From positions 1 to 35,520 of the forward strand of contig JAUCBJ010008821.1 in assembly GCA_032718475.1 (NCBI GenBank): DNA of 35,520 nucleotides, in the 5' to 3' direction. The notes under the pieces are model-generated. The model made no database searches, was not told the DNA's origin, and saw nothing but the letters and a program-made list of their open reading frames with translations. Source of the DNA: Nemertoderma westbladi. Taxonomy: Eukaryota; Animalia; Xenacoelomorpha. The position numbers were made by a program, and so were the translations under genes. Every line of letters begins with the position of its first letter. The stretch's first letter is position 1. This document shows positions 33,840 to 35,520 of the stretch, one piece after another.

Positions 33840-35110
33840 CAGGGGCGGATCCAGAGGGGGGCACGGGGGGGGCACATGCCCCCCCGGCAATTTTTGAACT
33901 ATGACTGTAAGCACTAACGTACCGAGGGTGGTGGCCATGTGGCCATAGCCACCCCCTGAGGAAAATGAGAAAGCATACTGAGAAACCCCTTCCATTTGAA
34001 GTGAAAAAATAATAATAAAAATATTAAGGATCCACATTCCAAATTTTCTGAAACAAAGGCATTTTTCTAAACTGAAATCTGCGAAAATGTAACCTGGCTG
34101 GCTAATAGCTAGGGCGAAGATCCTTGGGGATGGGGGGGGGGGGGGGTAATATGAAAATGTCCCTTGGTAGTATTATATCAGTTGTGGCCATCTGGCTGGC
34201 CACAAATGGGAAATACATTGCTCTCTTCTAGTGAGAAGTAATTGATTCTAGTCACAACTAATTATGTCATAGGGAGTACAGGAGTCAGTGGGCTCTGCTA
34301 TTTGCTGTATATTAGCTTGGGGTGCCTTGTATTCCGACAGCGACAGACCACTAACAAAGTGAAGGTATATAATAGCAGTGTAATGGCTCTTACTGTAGCT
34401 TAGGCCGCCCCAGCATGTAAAACCAATTATCTGCTGTGGAATGGAATTCCCCGAAATTTACTAAAGTCTTCCCAAGAAACTAGACAGCCAACTAACCCAC
34501 ACACATGAGGGCGTGGCCTCCTCGTACTGGGCTGGCCGGGTCACAAGGAACTCAACTATGCAGGTAGTAAGTAATGTGTACTGCAGTCAGACAGGTTTAA
34601 TGCCATGAGTAATCAGAAGATAGCTCGAAGCTGATTGGTCAACAGGTCAAGGAACTTAACAACAAATGGTGCTATACAGCTCTAATATAAATTTAGGCCA
34701 ATATAATATTATGCAAGGGTGCTGTATCATTACTACAGTAGTACTGTAGTATTCCCAATTGTGTGTGTGTAAATTATAAACTACAGTTTGCAGTCAAACA
34801 GTTTTATTGCACATATCTGCATTGCATGCTGTGGTACGGCACTGCTGTTACTGTGTTATGGATGCATCAAATCCAGCGAAAAGAGGAAAGTAACTGATTT
34901 CTATTCACCTGCATCTGAAATAGATATTGTTGAAGATGTGGACCTGGAGTTATTAATTCTAATCTGAACACAATCAGGGAAGATATTCAGTATCGACCAC
35001 CTCACCCAGCGCCACCCTTGGTAAGAGAAAGGGTTTCATCATTCCAGATATTGGGCTAGTCAAAACTTTGTCTTATCCGAGAAGTTAGCCGTACTTGATA
35101 CACCACACCA
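33840..35110 (+). mobile_element. Possible left end of a hAT-type DNA transposon with decayed transposase N-terminus
   Basis: CAGGGGCGGATCCAG terminus followed by a GGGGGGGCACATGCCCCCCC hairpin. About 1 kb downstream, KRKVTDFYS and PDIGLV..LS..EKLAVLDTP resemble N-termini of ZMYM1/THAP12-like hAT transposases. The relic ends at a C-run. Confidence 0.4.
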
Positions 35111-35520
35111 TGGGTATTTGTATTGCGTATAGCCCCCCCCCCCCCCCCCCCCCCTCCTACCCTATCTGGCTTTATAATATTCCAATTTTTTTCAAATACA
35201 GTAATATATATAAGCCTACATTTGATTTATTGTCTTTATTGTTATTGTCTTTAGTGTTTAAATAGATAATAATAATAAATATTCAATTGAAATAAGTGAA
35301 AACAATAATAATATATACTATCATTTTTCTCCTGAGCCCCTAGTTGTACCACCATCTGCTTCTCCTGATCCGACCGAAACAGGAACCTTAGCTGCCTCTA
35401 CTGCTCTAGTGATATCCCCTCTTACATTGACAGCACCCATGACAACGACCATGATAAATATAATGCTATGTGCAGAATTTACGACCAAACCAGTAACTTC
35501 CAGTACTCGAAAGTAAAAAT

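Overview
AT-rich, repeat-dense eukaryotic DNA, most likely from an invertebrate animal (inferred from the TE families and the receptor type). It is not prokaryotic and has no CRISPR array, rRNA or intact tRNA. The only intact protein-coding gene is a class A GPCR with a single coding exon (26821-28020, +). It resembles urotensin-II/somatostatin/MCH-type peptide receptors but has several altered activation motifs. The rest is mostly decayed mobile DNA: four RTE-like LINE segments, an RTE-X-like LINE, the 5' half of a PHD+APE CR1/L2-group LINE, two inverted IS3EU-like transposase relics bracketing the GPCR (the second largely hidden from the ORF track), possible Sola- and hAT-like remnants, piggyBac-like TTAA|CCCT ends, Helentron/HINE-like repeats, tRNA-derived SINE heads, foldback elements, minisatellites and about ten long G/C homopolymers. 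Family names come from motif recognition by eye, not database searches, and boundaries of degenerate elements are approximate. I found no unambiguous novel multi-gene system; the best leads are listed as findings.
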